Shown here: one piece after another, positions 19,566-28,545 of the stretch
How positions within the stretch are numbered: the first letter of the stretch is position 1
Layout of the letters: each line of letters begins with the position of its first letter
DNA from: Synechococcus sp. A15-28
GTDB taxonomy: Bacteria; Cyanobacteriota; Cyanobacteriia; PCC-6307; Cyanobiaceae
Reading direction: 5' to 3'
Assembly (NCBI RefSeq): GCF_014280175.1
Contig: NZ_CP047931.1
Span: 1,110,001-1,142,000, forward strand
Length of the DNA: 32,000 nucleotides
Notes under the pieces: generated by a model
The model's database searches: none
Told to the model about the DNA's origin: nothing
The model's input: the letters and a program-made list of their open reading frames with translations, nothing else
Translations under genes and position numbers: made by a program

Positions 19566-20777
19566 TCAGGTGCAGGCGTCAATCGCCTGTTGCAGCAGCT
19601 GAGGAACGGACTCGAGATCGTCACTGCTCAGCCATGGGCCAAGGCTGAAACGCACCAACGACTGCCTCCACCTGGGCGCGATGTCCATGGCGGTCAGCAC
19701 ATCACTGTCCTGGGCCTGGCCGGAACGGCATGCACTGCCACTGCTGCAGGCCACCCCCAGACGCGACAACTGCTGCACCATTCGCCGTCCTGAGAGGGGA
19801 AGGCCTCTTCTGTCCCCGATCAGGCAGGCCAGATGGTGGGGGAGTCGCTGGTCCTCCGCAGCATTGATCACCGTCAGTGCCGGAATCGCAGCCAGTTGCG
19901 ACTGCAATCGATCACGCAAGGAACGAATCTGCGGTGTGGAACCTGGGGGCGCCAGGGACCGTTCCGCGTTGAACCTTGGCAGGTGTTGGAGGGCGACCGC
20001 CAGCCCGGCGATCAGGGCGACGGCTTCCGTGCCGGCGCGATGGCCCCCCTCCTGTCCGCCGCCGGACAGCAGCGGCTGAGCCAGGACGCCTGGACGATGC
20101 AAAAGCACCCCAATCCCTCGTGGACCCTGCAGTTTGTGGGAGGAGAACGTGAGCAGGTCAAGGCTCGATGCGGACCAGTCCATCAGCCCCTGGGGGATGA
20201 GCTGGGTTGCGTCCGTGTGACAGGGAATGCCCCGTTCCCGGCAGGCTCTGGCCACCAGCGGAACGGGTTGCACTGTCCCCACTTCGCTCTGTCCCCAGAT
20301 CAGGGAGACCAGCAGCGTCGGAGGTGACAACAGCTCATCGAGGTACTCAAGACGGATCTGACCTCGTCCATCGACGGGCCAACGCACCACCGTCCACCCC
20401 CGCTGCTCAAGCTGGGCGGCAGCTCCCTCCACTGCTGGATGCTCCACGGCTGAGATCACCAAGCGCCCGGGGGGACACCCAGCGGCGACACCGAGAAGGG
20501 CCAGGTGAACCGATTCCGTTGCCCCGGAGGTGAAGATCAGCTCGTCGTCCTGGGCTCCAAGTTGTTTGGTGATGGCCTGGCGGGACCGAGCCAGGCGCTC
20601 GGCGGCCACAAGACCTGTGCCATGCAGGCTGCTGGGGTTGCCCCAGGCATCCCGCTGCACTGCGTTGATGCACTCGATCACGGTCGGCAGCGGCGGGGTT
20701 GTGGCCGCTGCATCGAGATAGAGCTCAGATGGTGTCACGCTCAAACCGGGCCCGGGTCCGCTGCTCCAGTGAGTCAC
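19566..20777 (-). CDS. cysteine desulfurase (class V aminotransferase, NifS/IscS-like)
   Basis: LYLDAAATTPPLP, TSGATESVHLA, SSHKLQGPRGIGVL (PLP Lys), GVACSSGSACRSG (catalytic Cys). A GTG at 20738 (VTPSELYLD) is an alternative start that reduces the overlap with dapF. Confidence 0.95.
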   Translation of the reverse strand: MTHWSSGPGPGLSVTPSELYLDAAATTPPLPTVIECINAVQRDAWGNPSSLHGTGLVAAERLARSRQAITKQLGAQDDELIFTSGATESVHLALLGVAAGCPPGRLVISAVEHPAVEGAAAQLEQRGWTVVRWPVDGRGQIRLEYLDELLSPPTLLVSLIWGQSEVGTVQPVPLVARACRERGIPCHTDATQLIPQGLMDWSASSLDLLTFSSHKLQGPRGIGVLLHRPGVLAQPLLSGGGQEGGHRAGTEAVALIAGLAVALQHLPRFNAERSLAPPGSTPQIRSLRDRLQSQLAAIPALTVINAAEDQRLPHHLACLIGDRRGLPLSGRRMVQQLSRLGVACSSGSACRSGQAQDSDVLTAMDIAPRWRQSLVRFSLGPWLSSDDLESVPQLLQQAIDACT

Positions 20778-21819
20778 TGGCCAGATTCAGCATGGCGTCC
20801 AGTGACGTGCTGTTCAGGAAGGCCTGAACCTGCTGCTGGGCCGCATCACGCAGACAGTTGTCCGGCTGCTGGCAAGCGTCAACACAATCACTGGAGCAAT
20901 CGAACGGAGCCTTCTCCGGGGCAGCGGAAGGCAACGTCTCCAAAACGGAGGCCGCTCCAGCCGGCATCAGATCCGGTGACAACACGCCATCGAACACAGC
21001 CACCGCAGGCCCCGTCATCAGGACGGAACCGCTGCGACCGGGCCAGGCGATCTGGAGAGGACCACCGGGAAGCATCACCTCGGCGTGGTCATCGGCAAGA
21101 TCCAGAAGAACCGCGGCGACAAGGGTTGCGCAGGCCCCTGTTCCACAGGCCAGGGTCGGCCCCGCTCCCCGTTCCCAGACGCGGATCTCCAGACGATTGC
21201 GGGCGTGCACCTGAAGGAAATGCACGTTGGTTTTGGCTGGGAATAGGGGGTGAACCTCCAGAGCCGCACCCCATGCGTCGAAGGGAATCGAACTGAGGTC
21301 GGCAACAGGAACCACGACGTGGGGATTTCCCATCCCAACCGCGGCCACGTCCAGCGATCGATCCGCAAGATCGACGGATCCCCTCGCGAGACCTTCCACC
21401 AGCGGGAGAGTTGTCGGAATGCTCGAGGGGACCAGGAAGGGGGCACCCATATCGACGAGCAACTGGCCATCGCTCTGCAACTCGGGGCGGATCAGACCCG
21501 CAGGCGTTTCAATCGACCAACGCTTGCCGGGAGCATCACCATCACTGTCCGCGAGGAAACGGGCCAGACAGCGGATGCCGTTGCCGCACATCTCAGCCTC
21601 GGTGCCGTCGGCATTGAAGATCCGCATGCGCAGATCCCCTTCGCCCTGGGGTGGCAGGGCAAGGATCACGCCATCACCACCGATCCCGAACCGACGGTCG
21701 CAGAGCTGCCTGACCCAGCCCGGATCCGGTTCAGTGATCGTTGGGGGCAACTGGCCTTGACGTCCTTCCAGGATCAGGAAGTCATTGCCAAGTCCCTGAT
21801 ATTTGCTGAACTGCAGCAT
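20725..21819 (-). CDS. dapF: diaminopimelate epimerase with Cys-rich C-terminal extension
   Basis: Start MLQFSKYQGLGNDFLIL at 21819; catalytic motifs AEMCGNGIRCLARF and LACGTGACAT; about 364 aa versus about 280 aa for a canonical DapF. The track ORF to 22689 is an over-extension. Confidence 0.95.
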   Translation of the reverse strand: MLQFSKYQGLGNDFLILEGRQGQLPPTITEPDPGWVRQLCDRRFGIGGDGVILALPPQGEGDLRMRIFNADGTEAEMCGNGIRCLARFLADSDGDAPGKRWSIETPAGLIRPELQSDGQLLVDMGAPFLVPSSIPTTLPLVEGLARGSVDLADRSLDVAAVGMGNPHVVVPVADLSSIPFDAWGAALEVHPLFPAKTNVHFLQVHARNRLEIRVWERGAGPTLACGTGACATLVAAVLLDLADDHAEVMLPGGPLQIAWPGRSGSVLMTGPAVAVFDGVLSPDLMPAGAASVLETLPSAAPEKAPFDCSSDCVDACQQPDNCLRDAAQQQVQAFLNSTSLDAMLNLASDSLEQRTRARFERDTI

Positions 21820-21846
21820 GGTGTGCTGTTGGCAGATCCGAATCCT

Positions 21847-22068
21847 ATGGAGACTGCACCCCTCGACCCCAGTCTGCCTGGAGTCAGAACGCTCCAGTCC
21901 TGGATCAGGGAGCAGCTTCCGATCAACATTGATGTCATCGGTTCTGAACGGATTGAGGGTCGGCTCATCTGGCAGGACCAGGAATTTCTGGCCATTGAGC
22001 GACGTCCTGCCACCCGCCCGACGCTGATCAACCGCCGGCAGATCACTGTGATCCGCGTCCTCGGTTGA
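21847..22068 (+). CDS. hfq: cyanobacterial-type Hfq homologue (73 aa)
   Basis: METAPLDPSLPGVRTLQSWIREQLPINIDVIGSERIEGRLIWQDQEFLAIERRPATRPTLINRRQITVIRVLG. It lines up by eye with Synechocystis Hfq ([35 protein letters not shown]...IAYI), recalled from memory. It corresponds to the last 73 aa of the 272-aa track ORF 21250..22068. Confidence 0.85.
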   Translation: METAPLDPSLPGVRTLQSWIREQLPINIDVIGSERIEGRLIWQDQEFLAIERRPATRPTLINRRQITVIRVLG

Positions 22069-22116
22069 AACCGCTGGATGTGACACGATCGCAGCCTTGC
22101 CGACATCCCGTCGACC

Positions 22117-24690
22117 GTGAACAGCCGTTATTCGCCTGCGGACCTTGAACAGCGCTGGCAAGCGACCTGGCGCTCCGAGGGGTTGGATGTCACCCCTGAG
22201 CCGGAGGACGGCAAGGGGTTCTACGCCCTTTCGATGTTTCCCTACCCCTCGGGGACACTGCACATGGGCCATGTGCGCAATTACGTCATTACTGATGTGA
22301 TTGCACGGGTTCAGCGGATGCGCGGCCGCGCTGTGTTGCACCCCATGGGATGGGATGCCTTCGGCCTTCCGGCGGAGAATGCGGCGATTGAACGCAACGT
22401 CGATCCCGGCGATTGGACCGATCGCAACATCGAGCAGATGCGATCGCAATTGGATCGCCTCGGGTTGTCGATCGACTGGGACCGTGAGCAGGCCACCTGC
22501 CACAGCGATTACTACCGCTGGACCCAATGGCTGTTCCTGGAGCTCTTCGATGGCGGCCTGGCCTACCGGAAAAACGCAACGGTCAACTGGGATCCGGTGG
22601 ATCAGACCGTTCTCGCCAACGAGCAGGTGGATGCCGATGGTCGCTCCTGGCGTTCCGGTGCCTTGGTGGAGCAACGCCAGCTGAATCAATGGTTCCTGCG
22701 CATCACGCAGTACGCCGAAGCCCTGCTCAAGGACCTGGATCAGCTCAGCGGTTGGCCGGAACGGGTTCGCACCATGCAGGCCAACTGGATCGGTCGCTCA
22801 GAGGGAGCTGAGATCCAGTTCCAGCTGTCCTCCGATTCCGACACAACCATCACCGTGTTCACCACAAGGCCGGACACCCTGGCCGGCGCCAGCTATGTGG
22901 TTCTTGCTCCCGACCACCCCGTGGTGGACAGCCTGACGACGGCGGATCTGCGGGACTCTGTTCAGGCCTTCCAGGGCGAGGTGGCTCGCCTCAGTGCCCT
23001 GGAGCGCACCAGTGATGAAGGGCCCAAGCGTGGGGTCTTCACCGGCGTCAACGTGATCAACCCCCTCACCGGCAACCCACTGCCGGTGTGGATCGCGGAC
23101 TACGTGCTGGCTGATTATGGCACCGGCGCTGTCATGGGAGTTCCTGCCCATGACCAGCGGGACCGTCGTTTTGCCCAGAGCTATGGGCTGCCCGTTCAGC
23201 AGGTGATTGAGGCCGAGGGTGCCGCCGCTGCAATCGCGGCTGGAGAGGCTTGGACCGACAGCGGAGTGCTGATCCATTCCGGTGATTTCGATGGTCTGAC
23301 ATCAACCGAAGCCAAGGAGCAGATCACTCGCCATGGCGCGAAGCAGGGATGGGCAGAGGCGAAGGTCACCTATCGGCTGCGGGACTGGCTGATCTCACGA
23401 CAGCGCTATTGGGGTTGCCCGATTCCGATCATCCACTGCCCAAGCTGTGGTGCCGTACCGGTCCCGCGCGAGGAACTGCCGGTGGAACTCCCCCGGGACA
23501 TCGACCTGTCCGGCAAGGGCGGATCGCCCCTGGGACAACAGAACGACTGGGTCAACGTCCCCTGCCCCTCCTGTGGTGAACCCGCCAAGCGCGAAACCGA
23601 CACGATGGACACCTTCATGTGTTCGTCCTGGTATTTCCTCCGTTTCGCCGACCCCCACAACAGCGAGCGGCCGTTCAGCCGGGAGGCCGTCAATCGTTGG
23701 TTGCCGGTACAGCAGTACGTGGGGGGCATTGAACACGCCATCCTTCACCTGCTGTATTCGCGCTTTTTCACCAAGGCGTTGAAGGATCGGGGCTTGATCG
23801 ATGTCGCAGAGCCCTTTGACCGTCTCCTCACCCAGGGGATGGTTCAGGGAACGACGTATCGCAATCCCAGCACCGGCAAATATGTCGCGCCGGCCGATGT
23901 GGCTGATCCTGAAGCACCAACCGATCCGAACAGTGGTGAACCGCTTGAGGTGCTGTTCGAAAAGATGTCCAAGTCGAAGTACAACGGCGTTGATCCTGCG
24001 GCAGTGATCGATCGCTACGGCGCGGACACCGCTCGCATGTTCATTTTGTTCAAAGCGCCGCCCGAGAAGGATCTCGAATGGGATGACGCCGATGTGGAGG
24101 GGCAATTCCGTTTTCTGCAACGGATCTGGCGTCTGGTGGAATCCGCCGGCACGCGAATCGAGACCCTCGACCCCGAAGAACGCCCCGAGCCTCTGGCCGA
24201 CAGCGACGCTCAGGTGCGTCGCGCCATCCACCTGGCCATCGAAGCGGTGAGTGAGGACCTGCAGGACGAGATTCAGTTGAACACCGCGATCTCGGAGCTG
24301 ATGAAACTCACCAATGCGATCACATCCGTGGGTGTTTCCGAATTGAGCACCTCAGTGCTGAAGGAAGCCCTTTCGACGCTGCTTCGGCTGCTGGCTCCCT
24401 TTGCTCCCCATCTTGCCGAAGAGCTCTGGTATCAACTTGGCGGCAGCTCCAGCGTTCACCGCGCCGGCTGGCCCGAGCTGGACCCCAGCGCTCTGGTTCA
24501 GGACTCGGTGGACCTGGTGATTCAGATCAAGGGCAAGATCCGGGGAACGATTCAGGTTCCCGCTGACGCCGACAAAGCTCAGCTGGAGGCCTTGGCACTG
24601 GCCAGTGATGTCGCAGCCAAATGGCTGGAGGGACAACCACCCCGACGCGTGATTGTGGTGCCGGGGAAATTGGTCAACCTGGTGCCCTGA
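22117..24690 (+). CDS. leuS: leucyl-tRNA synthetase
   Basis: 857 aa; [25 protein letters not shown] (HIGH-type HMGH), [11 protein letters not shown] (KMSKS), editing domain [20 protein letters not shown]. Confidence 0.99.
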   Translation: MNSRYSPADLEQRWQATWRSEGLDVTPEPEDGKGFYALSMFPYPSGTLHMGHVRNYVITDVIARVQRMRGRAVLHPMGWDAFGLPAENAAIERNVDPGDWTDRNIEQMRSQLDRLGLSIDWDREQATCHSDYYRWTQWLFLELFDGGLAYRKNATVNWDPVDQTVLANEQVDADGRSWRSGALVEQRQLNQWFLRITQYAEALLKDLDQLSGWPERVRTMQANWIGRSEGAEIQFQLSSDSDTTITVFTTRPDTLAGASYVVLAPDHPVVDSLTTADLRDSVQAFQGEVARLSALERTSDEGPKRGVFTGVNVINPLTGNPLPVWIADYVLADYGTGAVMGVPAHDQRDRRFAQSYGLPVQQVIEAEGAAAAIAAGEAWTDSGVLIHSGDFDGLTSTEAKEQITRHGAKQGWAEAKVTYRLRDWLISRQRYWGCPIPIIHCPSCGAVPVPREELPVELPRDIDLSGKGGSPLGQQNDWVNVPCPSCGEPAKRETDTMDTFMCSSWYFLRFADPHNSERPFSREAVNRWLPVQQYVGGIEHAILHLLYSRFFTKALKDRGLIDVAEPFDRLLTQGMVQGTTYRNPSTGKYVAPADVADPEAPTDPNSGEPLEVLFEKMSKSKYNGVDPAAVIDRYGADTARMFILFKAPPEKDLEWDDADVEGQFRFLQRIWRLVESAGTRIETLDPEERPEPLADSDAQVRRAIHLAIEAVSEDLQDEIQLNTAISELMKLTNAITSVGVSELSTSVLKEALSTLLRLLAPFAPHLAEELWYQLGGSSSVHRAGWPELDPSALVQDSVDLVIQIKGKIRGTIQVPADADKAQLEALALASDVAAKWLEGQPPRRVIVVPGKLVNLVP

Positions 24691-26289
24691 TCAGCTGCGG
24701 CTGAAGCGCATGCTGGCTGGGTTCGCCCAATCTCCCTCGGCCTGGTAACCGCGGGAATTGCCCGCCAGATGGCGCATGATCCAGAACACGGCTTCATCGC
24801 TTCCGTCACCGACGGCCTGACGGATTTCGCTGACGGATCGTGAAGCACCATCCTGAAGAATGGCTTCGATCCTGCTTTGCAGGTCAAGAATGGCCGCTGC
24901 AGCCTTCTTGCCCGCTTCAACACCGGGCTGGTGATAGGCGTTGATGTTGACCAGATCGCCGTAGAACCCCACAGCGCGCTCAAACAGAGCAATCAGTGCT
25001 CCAAGTCGACGGGAATCAAAGCGACGCATGCTGATACTGAGACTCTGACGGCCTCCTTCCGTCAAAGCGGACCGCGTTCCCTGCAGGAACCCATCGAGGA
25101 AATCACCGGGGCATTCGTCCTTGATCACCGGAATATCATCTACATCCTCAAGAACCTCGATGAACGTGGCAAAGAAATTGTCAACGCCGTCCCGGAGCTG
25201 TTGTACGTAGGCGTGCTGGTCTGTGGAACCCTTGTTGCCATAAACGGCAATGCCTTGGTTGACCTCGTTGCCATCGCGATCAAGACGCTTTCCGAGGGAT
25301 TCCATCACCAACTGCTGCAGATAGCGGCTGAACACCTCGAGACGATCGCGGTAGGGCAGCACCACCATGTCGCGGAGTCCCTTGCCGTCGCCGGCGACAA
25401 ACCATGAAGCCGCCATCAGTGCAGCTGGGTTACGACGCAGATCGGCCAGACGGGTCGCTTCGTCCATCTGCGCAGCACCGGCGAGAAAATCGCGGATATC
25501 AGCACCGATCAGAGCGCCGGGGAGCAGGCCCACAGCACTGGTGATGCTGGTCCTGCCGCCGACCCAATCGAACATGTCGAAGCGTTTGAGCCATCCGTCC
25601 TGTTTGGCTTCCCGATCGAGTTTGCTGTCGACCATAGTGATGGCGACAGCCTGAGCAGACCATTGGCCACCGCGGCTCTCAAGTCGATGGCGTGCCTGCT
25701 CCATGCCCAGATGGGGCTCCGGTGTGCCGCCTGATTTGCTCACGGTGACCACGAGAGTGGTTGCCAGACGATCGTCAAGATCAGCCAGAACGGCACTCAT
25801 GCCGTTGGGGTCAACGTTGTCGAAGAAGTGAAACGGCAGCCCTGAGCCCTGTTTCTGGAGAGCTCTGATCATCAGCAGGGGGCCCAGACCACTGCCGCCG
25901 ATTCCGATCCAGAGAACATCCGTGAAGGTTTGCCCCCCGGGCGCTTTGATCACGCCGTTGATCACATCCTGACCGAACTGCTCGATCTGGTCGATTTCCG
26001 AGGCGATGTGGTCACGGACCTGGTCACTTGGCGCCAGTTGCGGAGACCGTAGCCAGTAATGCCCCACCTGTCGCTCTTCATCAGGGTTGGCGATGGCACC
26101 GGCTTCAAGCTCCGCCATGGCCGTGAACGCTTTGTCGAATTTCGGCTGCAGCTGCTCCAGATCAGACGGATTGAGATGCATGCGACTGATGTCCAACCAG
26201 ATGCCGAGATCCTCGTGGTACCAAAGGAGATCACAGAATCGCTGCCATTGAATCTGAGCGTCACTGGCGCTGAAATCCGGGAAGCTCAT
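24691..26289 (-). CDS. pgi: glucose-6-phosphate isomerase
   Basis: WIGIGGSGLGPLLMIRAL, SKSGGTPEP, QQLVMESLGKR, GSTDQHAYVQQLRDG. Start placed at MSFPDFSASD (26289); the 62 upstream residues in the track ORF look non-coding. Confidence 0.96.
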   Translation of the reverse strand: MSFPDFSASDAQIQWQRFCDLLWYHEDLGIWLDISRMHLNPSDLEQLQPKFDKAFTAMAELEAGAIANPDEERQVGHYWLRSPQLAPSDQVRDHIASEIDQIEQFGQDVINGVIKAPGGQTFTDVLWIGIGGSGLGPLLMIRALQKQGSGLPFHFFDNVDPNGMSAVLADLDDRLATTLVVTVSKSGGTPEPHLGMEQARHRLESRGGQWSAQAVAITMVDSKLDREAKQDGWLKRFDMFDWVGGRTSITSAVGLLPGALIGADIRDFLAGAAQMDEATRLADLRRNPAALMAASWFVAGDGKGLRDMVVLPYRDRLEVFSRYLQQLVMESLGKRLDRDGNEVNQGIAVYGNKGSTDQHAYVQQLRDGVDNFFATFIEVLEDVDDIPVIKDECPGDFLDGFLQGTRSALTEGGRQSLSISMRRFDSRRLGALIALFERAVGFYGDLVNINAYHQPGVEAGKKAAAAILDLQSRIEAILQDGASRSVSEIRQAVGDGSDEAVFWIMRHLAGNSRGYQAEGDWANPASMRFSRS

Positions 26290-26402
26290 CGGGCCCTGAT
26301 GGTGCACACCGCCCGAAGGTATCCAGGATCGACCTTGCATGCCCATCTCCTGGGACACCCAGGCTAGTTTCGGTGCTGATTTGAACAGAGTCCCGCTTCC
26401 GG

Positions 26403-27179
26403 TTGATGCGCGTCCACCTGCAGCGCTGCGGAGTCTTGGCCCTGAGCCTCGCCCTTGTTTCCCCCCCCCCGGCATCCAAGCCGACCGCTGGGGTGGCTCA
26501 AGCGGTCATTCAGCTCACTGAACGTGATGAGCGGCCTGATCCATCCGTTTTCTTGCCCGAGGAGCTGCAGTTGCTGCAGCAACGGTTCGGGGTCCATGGC
26601 CCCCAGACCACGCTGGCCCAATTGTTCACCCGAGGTGTCGATCAGCTTCAGCCACTACGCGACCTGACACTCGATCAACTCAATCAACTCAAACCGGTCA
26701 TCCTTAGAGAGTCAGTGCGTCATCGGATCAATCCGATGCTGGTAACGGCCATTCTGTTCGACGAAATTCAGCACTCCAAGCCCGGAGAAAGTCTTCCGTT
26801 CATTGCTCACTCTGGTCTGGTCAGAACCCACGGACCGGCGCAGCTTGCCATCACCGAACTGATTCACCAGAACCGTCTGCCTGCCAACCCGAGCCCCGAT
26901 GAAATCGCCTGGGCCAGGAATCAATTGCTGGATCCGGAGATGAGCGTGGTGTTTCTTGTGGGCAAGATGAGTCGGCTCAAACAGGAGCTGGGGCTCTCCA
27001 CCACACGACGACTGGATGCCAGCAGCTCCTACGGCGATGCCAAGGCGATCGCCACCTTGGCCTATCTCCATAACGGAAAACTTGACTACCCCAGACGCAT
27101 TTTGAGTTACATGCAGGATCCTGAGCTGCATGGCTTGATCTACAGCTCAAAGCGCAGCCACCCCTTCCTCCTGATCTGA
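26403..27179 (+). CDS. secreted protein, possibly lysozyme/transglycosylase-like (DUF1402-like)
   Basis: 258 aa with N-terminal hydrophobic signal region; RHRINPMLVTAILFDEIQHSKPGES...GPAQLAITELI resembles an AI..E...GxxQL lysozyme-fold arrangement. Fold assignment is tentative. Confidence 0.65.
   Translation: MMRVHLQRCGVLALSLALVSPPPASKPTAGVAQAVIQLTERDERPDPSVFLPEELQLLQQRFGVHGPQTTLAQLFTRGVDQLQPLRDLTLDQLNQLKPVILRESVRHRINPMLVTAILFDEIQHSKPGESLPFIAHSGLVRTHGPAQLAITELIHQNRLPANPSPDEIAWARNQLLDPEMSVVFLVGKMSRLKQELGLSTTRRLDASSSYGDAKAIATLAYLHNGKLDYPRRILSYMQDPELHGLIYSSKRSHPFLLI
26461..26470 (+). repeat. C10 mononucleotide tract
   Basis: gtttCCCCCCCCCCggcat, encoding the SPPP stretch in the signal-peptide region of the 26403..27179 ORF. 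Confidence 0.95.
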
Positions 27180-27192
27180 TGATGGTTGGGCC

Positions 27193-27522
27193 TCAGAAGT
27201 GGGCGCCAATCCCGACACTCAACCAGGAGTGATGGGGCGTCACCACAACGCGGCGGTGCACTGGGCGATACATGGGTCGATAGACGTGGCGGTACACAGG
27301 ACGAACCACGCGAACCCAGGGCTTACCAGCGGAGCGGACGGCGTGTTTGTAACCCTTCCGATATCCCTTGTTGTAGGCCTTCTGTTTCTTTCCAGAGGAG
27401 TGATGGTGGTGAGGGGCAGCCCAGCTGGCGTGAACCTTATGGGCGGGAGCAACAGAACCCAGACTTAAACCGACAAGCGCAACAGCGGTGACGCCACAGG
27501 TGATCAGACGCGTGGAAGGCAT
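27193..27522 (-). CDS. secreted basic His/Tyr/Arg-rich hypothetical protein
   Basis: Start MPSTRLITCGVTAVALVGLSLGSVAPAHKVHA|SWAAPHHHHSSGKKQKAYNKGYRKGYKHAVRS...; an alternative start lies at 27543. Confidence 0.65.
   Translation of the reverse strand: MPSTRLITCGVTAVALVGLSLGSVAPAHKVHASWAAPHHHHSSGKKQKAYNKGYRKGYKHAVRSAGKPWVRVVRPVYRHVYRPMYRPVHRRVVVTPHHSWLSVGIGAHF
27253..27300 (-). repeat. four degenerate 12-nt tandem units encoding PVYR-HVYR-PMYR-PVHR
   Basis: Codon-by-codon reading of the minus strand from 27300 down to 27253. Confidence 0.85.
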
Positions 27523-27624
27523 GGACAGAACCCAACTGTCCAAACCGTACGGAGACTGTGTTCCAAGCAGGTGACTGGGGTCGTTTGGATTGATGACTGA
27601 ATGTGATCACCTATCCCCTTCAAG

Positions 27625-28545
27625 TCAGGAGTCACAGAGATCACCGAGTGCAGACAGCCGATACTGCAGAGAAGCCCAGTTGAAACTGCGTGGATCCGAT
27701 CGTTCCCCGCCCAGATCAACATGGCGATGGGTCGTGATGGCAGCCGGAGTCAGATTGAAACGGTCGATCCAATCCGACAAAACGATGGCGAGGGCGTCGT
27801 ATTGGCGGGAGGTGTAGCCCGTGTGCGTTGAAGCATCATTGGCGCCACTCTCTGGTGTTTCCAGACTGACGTGTAACGCGAAATTGTTGAGGGAGCCCCT
27901 TAGTCGAGGGTTGGTGACCGCCCATTCACCAAGGAATGCTGAATTGCCAGCTCCATAGGCTCGTTTGAGTGGGTCAACGATGTCGACAACCTTTCCGCCC
28001 AGTCCGATCAGGGCGTGATAGCTCGCTTGGTCTTCATCCATCGGGTGCGGTGTCTGAAAGGTGTTGATCGCTGATGTCAGTGAATAAACGGTTTCGTGCA
28101 TCACGACCACCCGTGGAGATGGGTCCAATGGAGCGCCGTAGGAATCCTTCGAGAAACGCTCGCCGAAGTTGGTCGGATGAATGGGAACGGTGGTTCGCCA
28201 GGAACCACTGGTGCGTTTCAGTTCGTTCAGGCGTGAACGCAGGGCGGAATCGATCCCCGTGCACTGTTTCGCCAAGGGTGATGTCCAGGACCGTGAGCGA
28301 GGAGCACGCGGGGATGTCACCGACGGCGGCGACTTGGCGTTCTTGTCCGACTCCACCTGCTCAAGCAGGTCCATCAACGATGGACGATCACCCGCGTGGG
28401 ATTGTTTGCTCCGGTCCAGAGCGACCCAGATGAACAGCACGACCGCAAGGGATCCTGTGGTCACGGCACCGACAGCGGTCAGAGGGTGCTGACGGATCAG
28501 ATCAGCAGCACGCTCAAGTCTCTGGATCAGAGAAACCGGAACCAT
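27625..28545 (-). CDS. N-acetylmuramoyl-L-alanine amidase (Amidase_2/PGRP-like), membrane-anchored
   Basis: N-terminal TM (HPLTAVGAVTTGSLAVVLFIWVAL); VVVMHETVYSL...SYHALIG...FALHVSLE...ITTHRHVD zinc-amidase pattern; start chosen at MVPVSLIQRLERA. Confidence 0.85.
   Translation of the reverse strand: MVPVSLIQRLERAADLIRQHPLTAVGAVTTGSLAVVLFIWVALDRSKQSHAGDRPSLMDLLEQVESDKNAKSPPSVTSPRAPRSRSWTSPLAKQCTGIDSALRSRLNELKRTSGSWRTTVPIHPTNFGERFSKDSYGAPLDPSPRVVVMHETVYSLTSAINTFQTPHPMDEDQASYHALIGLGGKVVDIVDPLKRAYGAGNSAFLGEWAVTNPRLRGSLNNFALHVSLETPESGANDASTHTGYTSRQYDALAIVLSDWIDRFNLTPAAITTHRHVDLGGERSDPRSFNWASLQYRLSALGDLCDS

Noticed and set aside
21250-21846. The first ~199 aa of ORF 21250..22068 (+)
   Set aside because: Lies antisense to the well-supported dapF; only the last 73 aa (21847..22068) look like a real protein.
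21820-22689. Upstream part of the 654-aa ORF 20725..22689 (-)
   Set aside because: Antisense to hfq-like and leuS; DapF clearly begins at 21819.
23395-24231. 278-aa minus-strand ORF antisense to leuS
   Set aside because: Shadow ORF; no recognisable motif, fully inside leuS.
27523-27624. Roughly 100-bp spacer upstream of the His-rich gene as possible sRNA/regulatory RNA
   Set aside because: Repeated AGGTGA-like strings are visible but no convincing stem-loop or promoter pair was found by eye.
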